This document shows, one piece after another, positions 1-9,312 of a stretch of DNA of 64,000 nt. The stretch is taken from the NCBI GenBank assembly GCA_038231435.1, contig JBBRLJ010000018.1, positions 32,001 through 96,000 of the forward strand, in the 5' to 3' direction. The stretch comes from Planctomycetota bacterium. Lineage in GTDB: Bacteria > Planctomycetota > UBA11346. The position numbers and the translations under genes were made by a program. The notes under the pieces are model-generated. The model ran no database searches. It worked only from the letters and a program-made list of their open reading frames with translations, and had not been told where the DNA came from. Each line of letters starts with the position of its first letter. Positions within the stretch are counted from its first letter, which is position 1.

Positions 1-796
1 AGACCTTCGCCCAGGTCTTGCCGGCGTCATCGGTGCGCCAAATGCCGACCTCCTTCTCCTTCTTGCTCTTCTTGTCGTACCTGGAGGAGCTCACCAGCCA
101 GGTCTTCTCGTCGACCAGCGCGACCTGGTCGGTGTAACCGGTCGCGGGAGGGAACTTGCCGTTCTTGGAGAAGAAGCTGCCGCCGTTGGTCGAAAACTGG
201 ATCTCGTGCTCCTTCTCGTGCGGACCCAGCACCAGCGTCTTGCGCTTGGGATCCGCGAGATCGACGGCGATGGAGTCCAGGCCCTCGACATTGCCGACGC
301 CCTTGAAGGTCTTGCCGCCGTCCGCGCTCGTGAACAGGCCAGGGGCGCCGACGCTGCTCGCCACCCACCAGGCGTTCGCATCCTTCGCATCGATCAGCAC
401 CTGGCTCGGATGGATCTTCGGATTCGCGATCGCGCCCAGCGCGGTCCAGCTCGAGCCCTTGTTCGTCGAAGCGTATAGGCCCTTGCCGCTGACCCCGACC
501 ACCACCACGTCCGCTCCTGGCACCACGGCCATCGCGGTCACGCCATCAGCGCCCCACGTGTTGCCGGCGAGATCGTTGGTCGCGTCGACCCAGGCGGCGC
601 GGGGTTTCGGCGCGTCAGCGGCCGGCGCCGCGGCGGTGGATGGCGCCTTCGCCGGATCCACCGGCGCGGGGGCGTCCTCGGCGAGGGCTATGCCGCCCAG
701 CGCGATGGCCTGGAGCAGCGCCACCATGGTGACGATCGTCTGGGGCATCCGCCCATGCATCCATGTGGTCACGCGTCGCTCCTCGAGATGGTTCAT
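1..796 (-). CDS. Secreted BNR/Asp-box beta-propeller protein (3' end runs off the window); paralog of 49453-51129
   Basis: Not in the ORF track because it is open-ended. Manual translation from ATG 796 gives a signal-like region, then AEDAPAP...WVDATNDLAGNTWGADGVTAMAVVPG...YASTNKGSSW, matching WVDATNDLANNKWGPGGVTLLAVVPG in 49453-51129. The exact start codon is uncertain. Confidence 0.85.
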   Translation of the reverse strand, partial: MNHLEERRVTTWMHGRMPQTIVTMVALLQAIALGGIALAEDAPAPVDPAKAPSTAAAPAADAPKPRAAWVDATNDLAGNTWGADGVTAMAVVPGADVVVVGVSGKGLYASTNKGSSWTALGAIANPKIHPSQVLIDAKDANAWWVASSVGAPGLFTSADGGKTFKGVGNVEGLDSIAVDLADPKRKTLVLGPHEKEHEIQFSTNGGSFFSKNGKFPPATGYTDQVALVDEKTWLVSSSRYDKKSKKEKEVGIWRTDDAGKTWAKV

Positions 797-993
797 GGCC
801 GCCGCGCCAGGCTAGGCGTCCACGCCAGGGTGGTGAAGCCGGCTGCGCAATTATGGACACTTGGAACGGCATTTCGAGACGGGAATGCCACCGCTTTCGG
901 GCTCTGTGCGCATGCCCGCACGCAGGAACGAGATCGCCAGGCTCTGGAACGCTGCGGGTTGGCGCGGCTCGCCCACGCCGCTAGCGTGCGCGG

Positions 994-2766
994 ATGCAGC
1001 TCGTCCTGGTCGAGAGCCCGGCGAAATGCCGCAAGATCGAGGGCTTCCTCGGGCCCGGCTACCGGGTGATGGCGTCCTTCGGCCACATCCGCGACCTGCC
1101 CGAGAAGGACCTCGGCGTGGCCTTCGCCGGTGGACGGGTGACGGCGCGCTACGTGCTCAACGACAAGGGTACCGACGTGGTCGCGCGCCTGAAGCAGGCC
1201 GCCGACCGCGCCGAGTCCGTCATCCTCGCGACCGACCCCGACCGCGAGGGCGAGGCGATCTCGTGGCATCTCGCCGAGGCGCTCGGCCCGCGACGCTACT
1301 TGCGCGCCACCTTCAATGCGATCACCAGGCAGGCGGTGCTGGCCGCGGTCGGCAGCCCGCGCGCGATCGACCTCAACCTGGTGAACGCCCAGCAGGCGAG
1401 GCGCATCCTCGACCGCATCGTCGGCTACGCCGTCAGTCCCACCTGCTCGAAAGGCACCGGCCGGAAGGACGCGCGCTCGGCCGGCCGCGTGCAGTCGGTG
1501 GCTCTGCGCATCGTCGTCGAACGCGAGCTCGAGATCGAATCGTTCAAGCCCGAGACCTACTGGATCCCGGTGGCGACGGTGCTCGCGGCCAGGAAACCGC
1601 CCGCGTTCAAGGCCTGGCTGGTCGAATGGAAAGGCGAGCCGCTCGAGCGCCGGCTCAAGGACGAGGGCATGGCCAGCAAGGTGGTGGAGTGGTGCCGCCG
1701 CCAGCCGTGGCGCCTGGTGCGCGCCGAGAAGAACCGCCAGCAGTCCAATCCTCCGCCGCCGTTCATCACTTCGACACTGCAGCAGGCCGCGTCGGTACGG
1801 CTGCACCTGTCGCCGCAGGAGACGATGAAGCTCGCCCAGTCGCTGTACGAGGACGGCCGCATCACCTACATGCGCACCGACTCCACCTCGGTCAGCCCGG
1901 AAGCGGTGGCGATGGCGCGCGCGCACATCGCCGCCGAGTTCCCGAAGCCGTACCTGCCGGGCACGGCGCCCTCGCACGGCGCCAGATCAGCCAACGCGCA
2001 GGAAGCCCACGAGGCGATCAGGCCCATCCATCTCGACGGCGGGCCCGGTGCGCTCGGCGAGGATCCCAAGGGTGGGCTCTATCGCCTGATCTGGGAACGA
2101 TTCGTGGCTTCGCAGATGTCCGCCGGCGTGGATCAGCTGTCGGTGGTCGACGTCGCCTGCGCGCCGGATGCCTTCGCGCATCCCACCAAGGGTCTGATCC
2201 ACACCGGCATCTTCCGCGCGCGCGGCAAGACCGTGGTCTTCGACGGCTGGCGCCGCCTCACCGAGGATGCCTCGCAGGAGAAGCCCGTGAAGGGCGCCGC
2301 TAAGGACGACGAGGACGTGGCGCTGGCGAAACTGCCAGACCTGCGCGGCGACGAGGCCGTCGAGCTCAAGGAACTCGGCATCAAGGACAAGACCACCAAG
2401 CCGCCGCCGCGCTATACCGAGGCGAGCCTGATCAAGGCGCTCGAGAAGAAGGGTGTCGGCCGGCCAAGCACCTACGCCTCGATCATGACCACCATCGGCT
2501 CGCGCGGCTACGTCGTCATCAAGCGCCGCATGCTGCACGCCACCGAGTTGGGCATCGTGCTCACCCGCTTCCTGATCGCGCGTTATTCCGGCAACTTCAT
2601 CGATCCGGATTTCACCAACCGCGTCGAGGCGGATCTCGACCGCATCGCCAACGGCGAGCTGGACTGGGAGCCGTTCATCGACCGCGCCGCGCGCGAGGTG
2701 GTGGCGCTCGCCAGGGCGGCCGGGCTGTGGTACGATCCGCTGAACGGGGCTGAGCGCCGCGGTTGA
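994..2766 (+). CDS. topA: Type IA DNA topoisomerase (catalytic core only, no C-terminal Zn-ribbon domains)
   Basis: TOPRIM LVESPAK, GHIRDLP, ATDPDREGEAI, SAGRVQS, catalytic ITYMRTDS, AQEAHEAIRP, GVGRPSTYA. Confidence 0.95.
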   Translation: MQLVLVESPAKCRKIEGFLGPGYRVMASFGHIRDLPEKDLGVAFAGGRVTARYVLNDKGTDVVARLKQAADRAESVILATDPDREGEAISWHLAEALGPRRYLRATFNAITRQAVLAAVGSPRAIDLNLVNAQQARRILDRIVGYAVSPTCSKGTGRKDARSAGRVQSVALRIVVERELEIESFKPETYWIPVATVLAARKPPAFKAWLVEWKGEPLERRLKDEGMASKVVEWCRRQPWRLVRAEKNRQQSNPPPPFITSTLQQAASVRLHLSPQETMKLAQSLYEDGRITYMRTDSTSVSPEAVAMARAHIAAEFPKPYLPGTAPSHGARSANAQEAHEAIRPIHLDGGPGALGEDPKGGLYRLIWERFVASQMSAGVDQLSVVDVACAPDAFAHPTKGLIHTGIFRARGKTVVFDGWRRLTEDASQEKPVKGAAKDDEDVALAKLPDLRGDEAVELKELGIKDKTTKPPPRYTEASLIKALEKKGVGRPSTYASIMTTIGSRGYVVIKRRMLHATELGIVLTRFLIARYSGNFIDPDFTNRVEADLDRIANGELDWEPFIDRAAREVVALARAAGLWYDPLNGAERRG

Positions 2767-2901
2767 TGGTTATTGGCTGTCGATGGTCGAGATGCCGGTG
2801 GGCGTTGGCCGAACGTATCGTAGCGATGCGTGATCGGGCCACGCTGCTCGCGAGGACCGTCAAATCTCCGCAGCCCTGCGAGAACCGACAACCGATATCC
2901 G

Positions 2902-2921
2902 TGAACCATGAACCATGAACC
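2902..2921. repeat. Short intergenic heptamer tandem repeat (TGAACCA) x~3
   Basis: tgaacca tgaacca tgaacc read directly. Confidence 0.7.
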
Positions 2922-2998
2922 GACCCACGGTTCACCACCCCGTCGAACCGGCGGTTCTGCCCCCTGGCGGATGCAGGATCCGCGCGAATGATCGGGAC

Positions 2999-3808
2999 AT
3001 GCTCGAGCTGGTGAACGTGAGCAAGAGCTTCTACGACCCCAAGCGCAAGGAGGTCAAGGCGGTCGACGGACTCAGCGCCACCGTCGACGGCGGCGTGCTC
3101 GCCCTGGTCGGCGCGAACGGCGCCGGCAAGAGCACGCTGCTGCGCATGGTGTCGACGCTGCTGATCCCGGACACTGGCCGCGTGCTGGTCGACGGCATCG
3201 ACACGCGCATCGACGCGCAGGCGGTGCGCGCGCGCCTTGGCTACCTCTCGACCACCACCCGGATGTATCCGCGTTTGACCGGCCGCGAGCTGCTCGCCTA
3301 TGCCGGCGGCTTCTTCGATCTCGAGGGCGCCGACCTCGCCGCGCGCATCGATGCGCAGTGCCAGGCGTTCAGTCTCGGTGAATTCATCGACCAGCGCATC
3401 GACACCATGTCCACTGGGCAAATGCAGCGGCTGAACCTCGCCCGCACCCTGCTCGCCGATCCCAAGCTGCTGATCCTCGATGAGCCGACGACCGGGCTCG
3501 ACGTGCTGGCGGCCTGGCAGCTGGTCGAATCGGTGCGTGCCGCGCGCAAGCCAGGTCGCCTGATCATCCTCGCCACGCACATCATGCCCGAGGTCGGCCA
3601 TACCGCCGATCGGCTGTGGGTGCTGCGCAAGGGCAAGCTGATCTTCGACGGCGCGCCGTCGGGGCTCGGCACCGGCGAAGCCTTCGAGGACGCCATCCAC
3701 GATCTGCTCACCGACGAGGAGCACCGCGTCTCGGTGAGCGAGCGCATCGACTCGCTGGCCCCTCCGCACGCCGCCGAACCGCCAGTGGGCGGCGGGAACC
3801 ACGCATGA
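2999..3808 (+). CDS. ABC transporter ATP-binding protein, NatA-like
   Basis: Walker A GANGAGKS, signature MSTGQ, Walker B LLILDEPTTGLD, H-loop ATH; ATGA overlap with the downstream permease. Confidence 0.9.
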   Translation: MLELVNVSKSFYDPKRKEVKAVDGLSATVDGGVLALVGANGAGKSTLLRMVSTLLIPDTGRVLVDGIDTRIDAQAVRARLGYLSTTTRMYPRLTGRELLAYAGGFFDLEGADLAARIDAQCQAFSLGEFIDQRIDTMSTGQMQRLNLARTLLADPKLLILDEPTTGLDVLAAWQLVESVRAARKPGRLIILATHIMPEVGHTADRLWVLRKGKLIFDGAPSGLGTGEAFEDAIHDLLTDEEHRVSVSERIDSLAPPHAAEPPVGGGNHA

Positions 3809-6135
3809 ACCGCCGTCACGTGCTGCACGTCTTCAAGAAGGACGGACTCGAGATCCTGCGCGATCGCCGCACCCTGTTCGTGAACATCGGCCTGCCGCTG
3901 CTGCTGTATCCGTTGTTCCTGCTCTTCGCGATCCAGATCCTGCAGCTGACCAAGACCCAGAAGGCCGAGACGCCAGCGGTGCTGCTGGTGGACACGCCGC
4001 CCGAGGTCGCGGAGGCCATCACCAAGGCCGCCGCCGACACCACCAAGACCGGCAAGAACACGAGCAAACCGTCTAGCGAGGTCGACAAGGATGCCGCTGC
4101 GCAGTCTTCCGGCCCAGCGACCATGGTCGATGAGACGCGGCCGGGCATCAAGCTCGCCGAGGCCAGCCAAGCACAGCAGGACGGCTTCCGCGAGGCCGCG
4201 CGCTCGGCGCTGCGGCTCGAGACCGAACGCGAAAAGTCCGAGCACGATGACGTCCCGCTCGCCCAGACCTCGCTCGAGGAGCGGCGGCGCCTACGCCAGG
4301 AGACGCTCGCGCACCTGCGCGCGTTGGGCCTGGTCGCCGTGGTGGTGCAGGTCCCGGGCGAGGACGGCCGTCCGCGCCTGGTGGTGCTGCAAGACGACGC
4401 CAGCCGGCGCAGCGACGACGCCGAAGATATACTGCGCCGCGCCCTGCGCGCGCGCCAGGACACCCTGGTGAAGAACCGCCTCGCCGAGGCCGGCCTGCCT
4501 GAGAACGCGCTCAAGCCGTTCGAGGTCGCGTATGCGCACATGGCGCCGCCGGTGGAATCGATCCGCACGCGCATCTCCGGCGTGCTGCCGGTGCTGCTGG
4601 TGCTGCTCGCGGTCAGCGGCGCGTTCTTCCCGGCGCTCGACCTGATCGCCGGCGAGCGCGAGCGCGGCACGCTCGAGAGCCTGCTGTCGTGGCCGGCGCG
4701 GCGGCGCGACGTGTTCACCGGCAAGCTGCTGGTGGCGTGCGCGGCGGCCGCCGCCTCGGTGATCCTCAACATCTGCTCGCTCGGCGCGACCATCGCCATC
4801 GGCGGCAGCCAGATCCACGTCGCCGGCGTCGACTTTGGCGGGCTGTTCTCGGTGGGCGGCGGGGCCCTGGCGATGTGCTTCATCGTGCTCATGCCGCTGA
4901 CCATCACCCTCGCGGCGGTGGCGCTGGCGGTGACCGGACTCGCCAACAGCTCGAAGGAGGCGCAGAACTACCTGACGCCGTACTTCCTCGCGGTGTTCGT
5001 CGCCGCGGTGCCGGCGCTGATCCCGGGCACGCGGCCGGGTTTCCTCCTCGATCTCATCCCGGTTACCGGGCCGCTGCTCGCATTGAAGGAGAGCCTGCAA
5101 TCCGAGCACATCCCGTGGGCGCACCTGCTGCTCTCCACCGGCGCCAGCCTGGCGCTCGCCGCGGTGGTGGTGGGCTGGTCGGCGCGCCTGCTCGAGGACG
5201 AGAAGTTCCGCTATCCCGGCCTGGTGCGCGCCGGCTGGGGGCGCTTCCGCGCCTGGGGCAAGGCCCCGAGCACGCCGGGCGGGCTCGAGGCGATGGCCGT
5301 CTACGCGGTCGCGGTCGCGGGCTTCACGCTCGGCGCCGGGCATTTCCAGGATTTCAACAGCTTCGCGCTGGTGGTGGTGCCGCTGCTGGCATTCACCCTG
5401 GTGCCCGCGCTCGCGCATTGCTGGCTCGGTGCGTACGATCCGCGCGAAACCCTGCGCCTGCGCGCGCCGGCTCCGCGCGCTTACGGCGGCGCCGCGCTGC
5501 TGGTCCCGTTCGCGGTCATGCTCAGCGTCGCGATCAGCATGCTGCAGGCCCCCTACTTCGCGAATCTGCATGACGGCGGCGCCGATGAGAAGATCCAGAA
5601 GATCGTCACCGCCGTCGACGCCCTGGGCGGATTGCCGCTGGTCATCCTCGGCATGGCGGTGCTGCCCGGCATCTGCGAGGAGCTGCTATGCCGGGGCACC
5701 CTGCTCTCGGGCCTCGAGCGCGGCATCGGCCGAACGGGTGCGGTGATCATCTCGGCGTTCCTGTTCGGCGCCCTGCACGCCGATCCGTCGCGCTTCCTGC
5801 CGCAGTTCGCGCTCGGCATGGTGCTGGCGATCCTGGTCATCCGCACGCGCTCGATCATCCCCTCGATGATCGTCCACGCCGGCCACAACGCGACGGTGCT
5901 GGTGATCGAGCTCAAGGGCAACGCGCTGGCCGCCAACCCCACCATCGGCGCCATCGGCGACTGGCTGACCAACCACCTCATCGTCACCATCCCCTGCCTG
6001 GTCGTGATCGGCGTCGCCGGCCTCGCCTGCGGCGTCATCCTCGCCGGCCGCAGCCTCCCGACCGCCGAAGTCCCCGCCGACCTCCAACCCCGCGCCCCCG
6101 GCACCTCCGCACCACTCCCGATCCAACGCATCTGA
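3805..6135 (+). CDS. NatB-like ABC permease fused to a CPBP/Abi-family intramembrane protease
   Basis: N-terminal LEILRDRRTL, IAGERERGTLESLL, KEAQNY; C-terminal CPBP motifs EELLCRG, FGALH, HAGHN; many TM segments. Confidence 0.9.
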   Translation: MNRRHVLHVFKKDGLEILRDRRTLFVNIGLPLLLYPLFLLFAIQILQLTKTQKAETPAVLLVDTPPEVAEAITKAAADTTKTGKNTSKPSSEVDKDAAAQSSGPATMVDETRPGIKLAEASQAQQDGFREAARSALRLETEREKSEHDDVPLAQTSLEERRRLRQETLAHLRALGLVAVVVQVPGEDGRPRLVVLQDDASRRSDDAEDILRRALRARQDTLVKNRLAEAGLPENALKPFEVAYAHMAPPVESIRTRISGVLPVLLVLLAVSGAFFPALDLIAGERERGTLESLLSWPARRRDVFTGKLLVACAAAAASVILNICSLGATIAIGGSQIHVAGVDFGGLFSVGGGALAMCFIVLMPLTITLAAVALAVTGLANSSKEAQNYLTPYFLAVFVAAVPALIPGTRPGFLLDLIPVTGPLLALKESLQSEHIPWAHLLLSTGASLALAAVVVGWSARLLEDEKFRYPGLVRAGWGRFRAWGKAPSTPGGLEAMAVYAVAVAGFTLGAGHFQDFNSFALVVVPLLAFTLVPALAHCWLGAYDPRETLRLRAPAPRAYGGAALLVPFAVMLSVAISMLQAPYFANLHDGGADEKIQKIVTAVDALGGLPLVILGMAVLPGICEELLCRGTLLSGLERGIGRTGAVIISAFLFGALHADPSRFLPQFALGMVLAILVIRTRSIIPSMIVHAGHNATVLVIELKGNALAANPTIGAIGDWLTNHLIVTIPCLVVIGVAGLACGVILAGRSLPTAEVPADLQPRAPGTSAPLPIQRI

Positions 6136-6138
6136 TCA

Positions 6139-6406
6139 GCCCCGCTCCGGCGCAGCCGGAGATGCGAGCGTAGCGAGCGAGCGCCGCAGGCGCACGGGGC
6201 CGTCGTACGCGCAGTGCGCCCGGGCGCGTCACCATAAAATTCCATCACGCGAAGGGGGCAGCGCCGACAGGCGCGTTGACGGGGGGTCGTTAGACCCCCC
6301 GTCTGAAGAAAGGCCCCGCTCCGGCGCAGCCGGAGATGCGAGCGCAGCGAGCGCGCGCCGCAGGCGCGCACGGGGCCGTGAAGCCTAGCAGCGCACGGGG
6401 CCGTGA
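6139..6406. repeat. Two ~65-bp palindromic REP-like direct repeats (6139-6203, 6313-6379) plus a partial third (6391-6406)
   Basis: Shared GCCCCGCTCCGGCGCAGCCGGAGATGCGAGCG...GCGCCGCAGGCGC...ACGGGGCCGT, lying between convergent genes. Confidence 0.85.
6278..6303. terminator. Perfect 11-bp hairpin between convergent genes
   Basis: GACGGGGGGTC-GTTA-GACCCCCCGTC; no clear U-tract. Confidence 0.45.
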
Positions 6407-6409
6407 CGT

Positions 6410-8221
6410 CTAGTCGTCGTCGGTGACCGCGACCAGCTTCACCCGGATGGTGCCGGTGCCGAGCGAGCCCCAGGTGTTGTGTGGCATGATCCACAGGTGG
6501 CCCTTGCCGGTGATGATGCCGGGGGCGATCTCGTCGCTCTCGCCAACTTTGCAGACCAGCGCCGCCTGGGCGAACTTGCCGCGGCCGTAATAGCCGAACC
6601 CCGAACTCATCCCGGATCCACCCCCGCCTCCGTTGGTCGAGCGCCTGGGCACCAGGCCCTTGTAGTTGGTCGAGAAGTCATCGGATCCGTCGTTGAACTT
6701 CCACTCGTCGGTCGGATGCGGGACGACGCGGATGCGCTGGCCGGGCACCAGCGCGATGTTGCCGTCGCTGCGGTCGATGCGCGCCTCGATGGTGAGCAGG
6801 GTGCCCTTGAGCTTGTCCCACTGCTTCGGGGTGATGTTCTCGAAATCGGTGATCACCGCCGGCAGCACCTTGTCGATGTCGTCCATGTTCTTCTCGACCA
6901 TCTGCTTGTTCACGCCGGCCAGCTTCGGCTGGGCCTGCGCATACCAGAACTGCGCGCGCGACCACATCGGGATCTTGTCGGCGGATGGCGCCTTCTTGCC
7001 GAGGTTGTACCAGGCATCGGCGGTCTGCTTCTGTTCAGCGACGTCCTTGGGAACGCTGATCTCCATCTCGGCTACGGCGTGCATGTCGGGGTCGGCGCCG
7101 AGGGACAGCATCGGCAGGCCGAGATCCCAGCGCGAGATGTTGAAGCAGAAGAATCTGCCAACGGCGGTGTTCGCGGCCTTGTCGGTGGGATCGTCCATCA
7201 GCTTGAGGATCAGCGTCGAGGTGGTCTTGCTCTTCATCGCAGTGAGCGTCGCGCGCTTGTGCGCGGTGACGTCGTAGCCCTGGAACGTCGAACCGGCCTT
7301 CTCGATGGACGAGAGCAGGGTTTCGTAATCCTCAGATTCCATCGCTAGGCGCGTACTCTCGTCGAGCATGACGTAGTAGAGCGCCGCATCATCCTTGCTG
7401 TTGGCGGCATCTGCCACCAGCTTCTTCGCGAACGCTCGCTTCTGCGAATCCTTCTTCTTCGCGTAGTCATCCTTGTAGGCCTTCTTGAGCACGCCGAGCG
7501 CCTTGTCTTGCGCGGCCTTGTCGGGCACCGCCATCGCCGTGCCCTCGATCACCGGCGGCGGCTGCATGAAGCGGCTCTTGCGCACCTGGTTCAGCTCGGC
7601 CTTCAGCTGCTCCTGCTCCTTTTTCCGCTCCTCGGAGACCTGCGTCATGTACGCGGTCTGCTCCTTGGCGAAGATGGCCGACGCCTTCTTGGCGGCATCG
7701 GTGTCGGGGAAGCGCTCGATGACCTCGCTGAAGCGCACCGCCACGAGCAGGTGCTTGTCGGCGTTCCCCTCCTGGAACTTGACCGCGCGATCGAAGTAGG
7801 CCGTCGCCTCCTCGACCGGGACTTCCTTGGTCATGACCATCTGCGCGCGCGCCAGGTCGCTCTCGGCGCTGCCGCCTTTCTTGGCGACGTAATCCTGGAG
7901 GTTGTCCAGGTTCATGCGCTTCTTGCACCAGAAGATGTTCGCCTGCATCTCGCACACCGCGTCGACGTCATTGACCTGCTCGTAGCCATGCATGGCGCTC
8001 GAGAAAGCGAGGGCGGCATCGACGCCACGGTGAGGGTCCGCATCCGCGTCGCGCATCGCCTGCATGCCTACCGCAGCCTGGGTGTCGGCGGCCTTGCGTA
8101 CCGCGGCGGCGTCTGCCGGCGCGTTCGTCGCGGCGGGTTCCGCGGCGGGCTTGAGCTTGGCATCCTCGCACCACAACGAGGCGGACAGGCTGAGAAGGAC
8201 GAGGCACGGGACCAGGCGCAT
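6410..8221 (-). CDS. Secreted alpha-helical hypothetical protein of a type common in planctomycetes
   Basis: GGAG RBS, signal peptide MRLVPCLVLLSLSASLWC; helical region DPTDKAANTAVGRFFCF...WDLGLPML...ADAWY; C-terminal beta-rich domain. Confidence 0.8.
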   Translation of the reverse strand: MRLVPCLVLLSLSASLWCEDAKLKPAAEPAATNAPADAAAVRKAADTQAAVGMQAMRDADADPHRGVDAALAFSSAMHGYEQVNDVDAVCEMQANIFWCKKRMNLDNLQDYVAKKGGSAESDLARAQMVMTKEVPVEEATAYFDRAVKFQEGNADKHLLVAVRFSEVIERFPDTDAAKKASAIFAKEQTAYMTQVSEERKKEQEQLKAELNQVRKSRFMQPPPVIEGTAMAVPDKAAQDKALGVLKKAYKDDYAKKKDSQKRAFAKKLVADAANSKDDAALYYVMLDESTRLAMESEDYETLLSSIEKAGSTFQGYDVTAHKRATLTAMKSKTTSTLILKLMDDPTDKAANTAVGRFFCFNISRWDLGLPMLSLGADPDMHAVAEMEISVPKDVAEQKQTADAWYNLGKKAPSADKIPMWSRAQFWYAQAQPKLAGVNKQMVEKNMDDIDKVLPAVITDFENITPKQWDKLKGTLLTIEARIDRSDGNIALVPGQRIRVVPHPTDEWKFNDGSDDFSTNYKGLVPRRSTNGGGGGSGMSSGFGYYGRGKFAQAALVCKVGESDEIAPGIITGKGHLWIMPHNTWGSLGTGTIRVKLVAVTDDD

Positions 8222-8599
8222 GGAGGCTCCGGAGGAAGACAGCGGGATGACGAACGGCGCATTGCTGACGATCCTGGTAGTATACCCCAGCGGATCGCTT
8301 TGAGGGTGAACGCCTGGAATCGTGGACACGTCCATAGACGGGTGGATCGCCCTCCGGGTTCCCCAGGCAGGCAGGATGGTTGATACCGCTGACAAGGGGC
8401 GGTGTTGTAACCGATTCACAACGGCTCAATTGCCGTTACGTCACTACTGGAGCTATCCCAACGCTTTGCCACGACATGCCGTGGATGGGAGTGCGATGTT
8501 TGACCTTGCATTCCACACTTCCTCCACATTCTGTGCGACCCCTTTTGCTGCATGCCACGTGAAACCGTGGCTTAACTCAGTTTAGGATTAGGAGCCCGA

Positions 8600-9217
8600 A
8601 TGGCCCGCTATACCGGTCCTCGCCTGCGCGTGATCCGCCGCATCGGCACCGAACTTCCCGGCTTCACCACGCGCACGCTGACGCGCCGCCCGTACCCCCC
8701 AGGCGCCGCCGCGGCCGCCCAGGGCAAGCGCATGAGCAAGACCAGCGAGTACGGTCTGCGCCTGCGCGAGAAACAGAAGCTGCGCTTCCACTACGGCCTC
8801 ACCGAGCGCGGCCTGCGCTTGGTGTTCGAGCGCGCGTACCGCCTGCCCGGCGATACCGGCCGCAACATGCTTGGACTGCTCGAGTCGCGCTTGGACAACC
8901 TGATCTGGCGCTCGGGCCTGACCCGCACCATCCCGGCCGCGCGCCAGCTGATTGGCCACGGCCACGTCAACCTCGGCAGCCGCCGCGCCTCCAGCCCAGC
9001 CCAGAGCGTGAAGCCCGGCCAGGTGTTCGCCGTGCGCGAAAAGGCCCGCAATCGCGAGGACCTGCGCGTCACCGTGAACGCCCCGATCCTCGAGCGCCCC
9101 CCGGGTCTCAAGGTCGATCTCGATACCCTGTCGGTGACCGTCGAGTCGCTGCCAGGTCCCGACCAGGTCCCCTTCCCGGTCGACATCCAGAAGGTCATCG
9201 AGTACTTCGCCAAGTAA
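8600..9217 (+). CDS. rpsD: 30S ribosomal protein S4, Cys-free form, stand-alone
   Basis: MARYTGP, SEYGLRLREKQK, LESRLDN, ARQLIGHGH, VIEYFAK; AGGAG RBS at 8590-8594. Confidence 0.97.
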   Translation: MARYTGPRLRVIRRIGTELPGFTTRTLTRRPYPPGAAAAAQGKRMSKTSEYGLRLREKQKLRFHYGLTERGLRLVFERAYRLPGDTGRNMLGLLESRLDNLIWRSGLTRTIPAARQLIGHGHVNLGSRRASSPAQSVKPGQVFAVREKARNREDLRVTVNAPILERPPGLKVDLDTLSVTVESLPGPDQVPFPVDIQKVIEYFAK

Positions 9218-9244
9218 GCCCAGCCCCCAGGCCCGGACTTCCTT

Positions 9245-9280
9245 CGACTACACCCGCCGAAACGGCGGGTGTAGTCGTTT
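9245..9280 (+). terminator. Intrinsic terminator after rpsD
   Basis: 15-bp perfect stem CGACTACACCCGCCG-AAA-CGGCGGGTGTAGTCG followed by TTT. Confidence 0.75.
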
Positions 9281-9312
9281 CCAGCCATCCCCCCCATCAT
9301 CCCCAGCAACCT

